Below, one piece after another: positions 7,290-9,487 of a stretch of DNA of 9,487 nucleotides. The DNA is from a virus (Duplodnaviria > Heunggongvirae > Uroviricota > Caudoviricetes). The translations under genes were made by a program, and so were the position numbers. Below the pieces are notes generated by a model. It had not been told where the DNA came from. It saw only the letters and a program-made list of their open reading frames with translations, and did no database searches. The stretch lies in the IMG/VR virus record IMGVR_UViG_2534681766_000004. The stretch is one strand, 5' to 3'. Position 1 is the stretch's first letter, and every line of letters starts with the position of its first letter.

Positions 7290-7400
7290 CTTACAGCCAT
7301 TGGTATACGATTAGGTATACGCACAAAAAATGAATTAAACAAAATCATTAAAAATCAAAGCAATACAATATTTATTCAAACTCCGCCAGCCAATATTGAT
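7290..7400. other. Possible attP-like region (AT-rich, short direct repeats, tRNA 3'-end-like stretch)
   Basis: Tandem GGTATACG at 7302-7309 and 7314-7321; repeated AAATCA; ttcaaactccgccagcc at 7377-7393 loosely resembles a tRNA T-loop/acceptor 3' half. Position between crr and int is where attP lies in P4. Weak and unverified. Confidence 0.2.
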
Positions 7401-7426
7401 GTACTGAAGTTCAGTAAAGTCTACTA

Positions 7427-7460
7427 AGCCCGCACAGCACAAGCTCTGCGGGCTTTTTTA
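7427..7460 (+). terminator. Rho-independent terminator upstream of int
   Basis: Stem agcccgca (7427-7434) pairs with tgcgggct (7447-7454), followed by TTTTTT at 7455-7460. Confidence 0.5.
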
Positions 7461-7515
7461 CGTCTATTGTAGTCTAGTGAGAATTGCTGAGAACTACGAG
7501 TTATGGCACCCTGAA

Positions 7516-7553
7516 TGGGACCCACGAAGATGGGTCCTAAAATCGAGGGTCCC
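7516..7553 (+). promoter_or_regulatory. Inverted GGGACCC / GGGTCCC repeats in the int leader, overlapping its Shine-Dalgarno
   Basis: gggaccc at 7517-7523, gggtcct at 7532-7537 (6 of 7) and gggtccc at 7547-7553. The last overlaps the GAGGG Shine-Dalgarno of int, so pairing could sequester the ribosome-binding site or form a protein-binding site. Confidence 0.3.
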
Positions 7554-7557
7554 AAAC

Positions 7558-8787
7558 ATGGCCAAAATCGCTAAGAAGCTCACTGACACTGAAATCAAAA
7601 GCACCAACCCTGCCGAAAAAGAGGTTAACCTTTTTGACGGCGATGGTTTGCTGTTGCGAATCGCTCCCCTGGCGAAGGGAGGGAAGAAAAATTGGTATTT
7701 CAGATATGCAGTGCCTGTGACCAAAAAGCGAACTAAGGTGAGCTTAGGAACCTATCCTCACCTTACACTTGCGAAGGCACGAGCTTTACGTGATGAATAC
7801 TTGTCGTTGCTTACAAATGGTATAGACCCCCAAGTTCATAACAACCAAAAAGCCAATGCACTGAAAGATGCCACGGAACATACATTTCAAGCAGTAGCCA
7901 AGAAGTGGCTTGATGAGAAAGTCAAAACGTCAGGCATCTCCCAAGATCATGCTAACGACATCTGGCGAAGCCTAGAGAGAAATATCTTTTCCACATTGGG
8001 TGATACCCCAATTAAGGAGATTCGCCCTAAAATGCTTAAACAGCATTTAGAACCCATAGAAAAACGAGGGGTCCTTGAAACACTTCGCCGCATCATATCC
8101 CGCCTGAATGAAATTTTCCGCTATGCAGCAACAGAAGAACTCATAGAATTCAACCCGGCAGACAACCTGGGGCAACGGTTCAGCAAGCCAAAAAAACAGA
8201 ATATGCCAGCATTACCCCCTTCCGAACTCCCTCGCTTCTTGGTTGCTCTAAACAATGCTTCTATCCGTTTGGAAACAAGGCTACTGATTGAGTGGCAACT
8301 TCTCACATGGGTTCGCCCAGGTGAAGCTGTTCGCACAAGATGGTCAGATATTGATATTGAAACTGGCATGTGGAACATCCCGGCGGAGTTTATGAAAATG
8401 AAGAAGCCTCACAAAGTTCCACTGAGCAAAGAAGCTTTGCGAGTTTTGGATTTAATGAAAGTCATCAGCGGGCATAGAGAGTGGGTGTTCCCCAGTATCA
8501 AAGCTCCACTCAATCACATGCATGAACAAACAGCTAATGCGGCCATAATCCGTATGGGTTTCGGAGGTGAGCTTGTAGCTCACGGTATGCGATCCATTGC
8601 TAGAACGGCTGCTGAGGAGTCTGGCAAGTTTAGGACTGATGTCTTAGAAGCCGCCCTTGCCCACTCGAAGAAAGATGAAATAATTGCAGCCTACAATCGT
8701 GCAGAGTATCTCACTGAACGGGTGGTTCTCATGCAATGGTGGAGTGACTATGTTTCGTCTCAAAAATGCAAAGTTATTGCCGCATAA
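7558..8787 (+). CDS. int: Tyrosine site-specific integrase, P4 family (N-terminal arm-binding domain plus C-terminal catalytic domain)
   Basis: 409 aa from the ATG at 7558 (MAKIAKKLTDTEIK...) with a GAGGG Shine-Dalgarno. N-terminal arm-binding-like region (GLLLRI...KNWYFRY...LGTYP); catalytic signatures VRPGEAVRTRWSDID, HGMRSIART (HxxR) and AAYNRAEY (nucleophile Tyr). The upstream in-frame extension from 7477 begins right after a stop and is not credible. Confidence 0.9.
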   Translation: MAKIAKKLTDTEIKSTNPAEKEVNLFDGDGLLLRIAPLAKGGKKNWYFRYAVPVTKKRTKVSLGTYPHLTLAKARALRDEYLSLLTNGIDPQVHNNQKANALKDATEHTFQAVAKKWLDEKVKTSGISQDHANDIWRSLERNIFSTLGDTPIKEIRPKMLKQHLEPIEKRGVLETLRRIISRLNEIFRYAATEELIEFNPADNLGQRFSKPKKQNMPALPPSELPRFLVALNNASIRLETRLLIEWQLLTWVRPGEAVRTRWSDIDIETGMWNIPAEFMKMKKPHKVPLSKEALRVLDLMKVISGHREWVFPSIKAPLNHMHEQTANAAIIRMGFGGELVAHGMRSIARTAAEESGKFRTDVLEAALAHSKKDEIIAAYNRAEYLTERVVLMQWWSDYVSSQKCKVIAA

Positions 8788-8849
8788 CTCTCCCATGATG
8801 GATTAACTATCTTGATTTAGTTAAAGAATTAATAATCACACCATTAACC

Positions 8850-8899
8850 TATGTGGACTAAGCATAGCCATTTACAAATGGGGACATTGAGTCCACATA
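8850..8899. repeat. Perfect 10-bp inverted repeat with 30-bp spacer between int and the recombinase gene
   Basis: tatgtggact (8850-8859) and agtccacata (8890-8899) are exact reverse complements, in an AT-rich non-coding spacer. Confidence 0.6.
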
Positions 8900-9069
8900 A
8901 CGAAAGCTGTCGGTCATATCAGCTAAATAATTCACATCTCTTCTCGATTATCATACACCTCGAAGATCTACCAAATTCGCTCTAATCAATGATAAAACAG
9001 TTGAATTCGGTTGAAATTTGATCAATTTTATCCACTACATTGTATTGAATCATCCATGAGGTTTCGTGC

Positions 9070-9487
9070 ATGGCTAGCGAAAATGACAAAAATCATAGAG
9101 TTAGGGTCGCGCAGTACTTGAGGATGTCTACCGACCATCAGCAATATTCTTTACATAATCAGTCCGAATATATCAAAGATTATGCTGAAAAGAACAATAT
9201 GGAAATCGCTTATACCTACGATGATGCAGGTAAGAGCGGAGTCAGTATCGTAGGCAGGCATTCTTTGCAGCAGTTACTTAGCGATGTAGAACAAAAGAAA
9301 ATAGATATACAGGCTGTATTATTTTATGATGTGAGCCGTTTTGGTCGTTTTCAAAATAGTGATGAAGCGGCATATTATCCCTTTCTATTTGAGAGAAATG
9401 GTGTAGATCTTATATATTGTTCCGAACCTATACCCACTAAAGATTTCCCTTTAGAGTCCTCTGTTATACTGAATATAAAAAGATCTA
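9070..9487 (+). CDS. Serine recombinase-like protein (resolvase/invertase-type catalytic domain), 3'-partial
   Basis: ATG at 9070 with a GAGG Shine-Dalgarno 8 nt upstream; the frame is open to the window end (139 codons). Translation RVAQYLRMSTDHQQYSLHNQ...DDAGKSG...RHSLQQLLSDVEQKKIDIQAVLFYDVSRFGR matches the serine recombinase N-terminal motifs (Y-x-R-x-S-T-x-x-Q nucleophile region, D-x-x-SG, R-x-x-L-x-x-LL). It is absent from the ORF track because it has no stop within the window. Confidence 0.6.
   Translation, partial: MASENDKNHRVRVAQYLRMSTDHQQYSLHNQSEYIKDYAEKNNMEIAYTYDDAGKSGVSIVGRHSLQQLLSDVEQKKIDIQAVLFYDVSRFGRFQNSDEAAYYPFLFERNGVDLIYCSEPIPTKDFPLESSVILNIKRS

Larger units (their letters stand above)
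1..9487 (+). mobile_element. P4-type satellite phage / phage-plasmid, partial (continues beyond both window ends)
   Basis: Gene content and order match the satellite phage P4 layout: psu-delta-sid, TGTTCACC iteron origin, 777-aa alpha primase-helicase, iteron crr, P4-family tyrosine integrase. Protein lengths (Sid 244 aa, alpha 777 aa, a 151-aa ORF) agree with P4 values as I recall them. Confidence 0.85.

Noticed and set aside
7370-7400. A tRNA gene in the att-like region
   Set aside because: Only a short T-loop/acceptor-like stretch is present; no complementary 5' acceptor arm, anticodon arm or CCA-compatible end was found, so at most this is an att core fragment.
7477-7557. Upstream extension of int (GTG at 7477) and the antisense 76-aa ORF at 7494-7724
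   Set aside because: The extension begins immediately after a stop codon and runs through the leader inverted repeats; the ATG at 7558 has a proper Shine-Dalgarno and gives a canonical integrase N-terminus.
8121-8378. Minus-strand 85-aa ORF inside int
   Set aside because: It is antisense to the integrase catalytic domain and has no supporting signals.
1-9487. CRISPR array, rRNA, or insertion sequence with terminal inverted repeats and a transposase
   Set aside because: No regularly spaced direct repeats with unique spacers, no rRNA-like sequence and no transposase-like ORF were seen; the iteron repeats at ori and crr are replication sites, not CRISPR repeats.

Overview
This window looks like the core of a P4-type satellite phage / phage-plasmid, read with the alpha gene on the + strand. 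From left to right: a cos-proximal end with a hairpin terminator; the late operon psu-delta-sid on the minus strand; a divergent late-promoter region with two TGT-N12-ACA activator boxes; an AT-rich origin with TGTTCACC iterons; a translationally coupled + strand operon (AlpA/Vis-family regulator, several small unknown ORFs, then the 777-aa alpha primase-helicase); the crr iteron repeats; an AT-rich att-like spacer; a P4-family tyrosine integrase; and the 5' part of a serine-recombinase-like gene that runs off the window end. The most unusual feature is a 97-bp segment at 640-736 that is identical to an internal part of alpha (6399-6495). It sits exactly on the delta/psu junction, leaves psu without a start codon and gives delta a C-terminus encoded by alpha-derived sequence. 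From about 7210 onward the sequence is visibly more AT-rich than the 1-6900 core (judged by eye, not computed). No tRNA, rRNA or CRISPR array was found. All homology statements are from reading the translations and from memory of P4 biology; no database search was possible.
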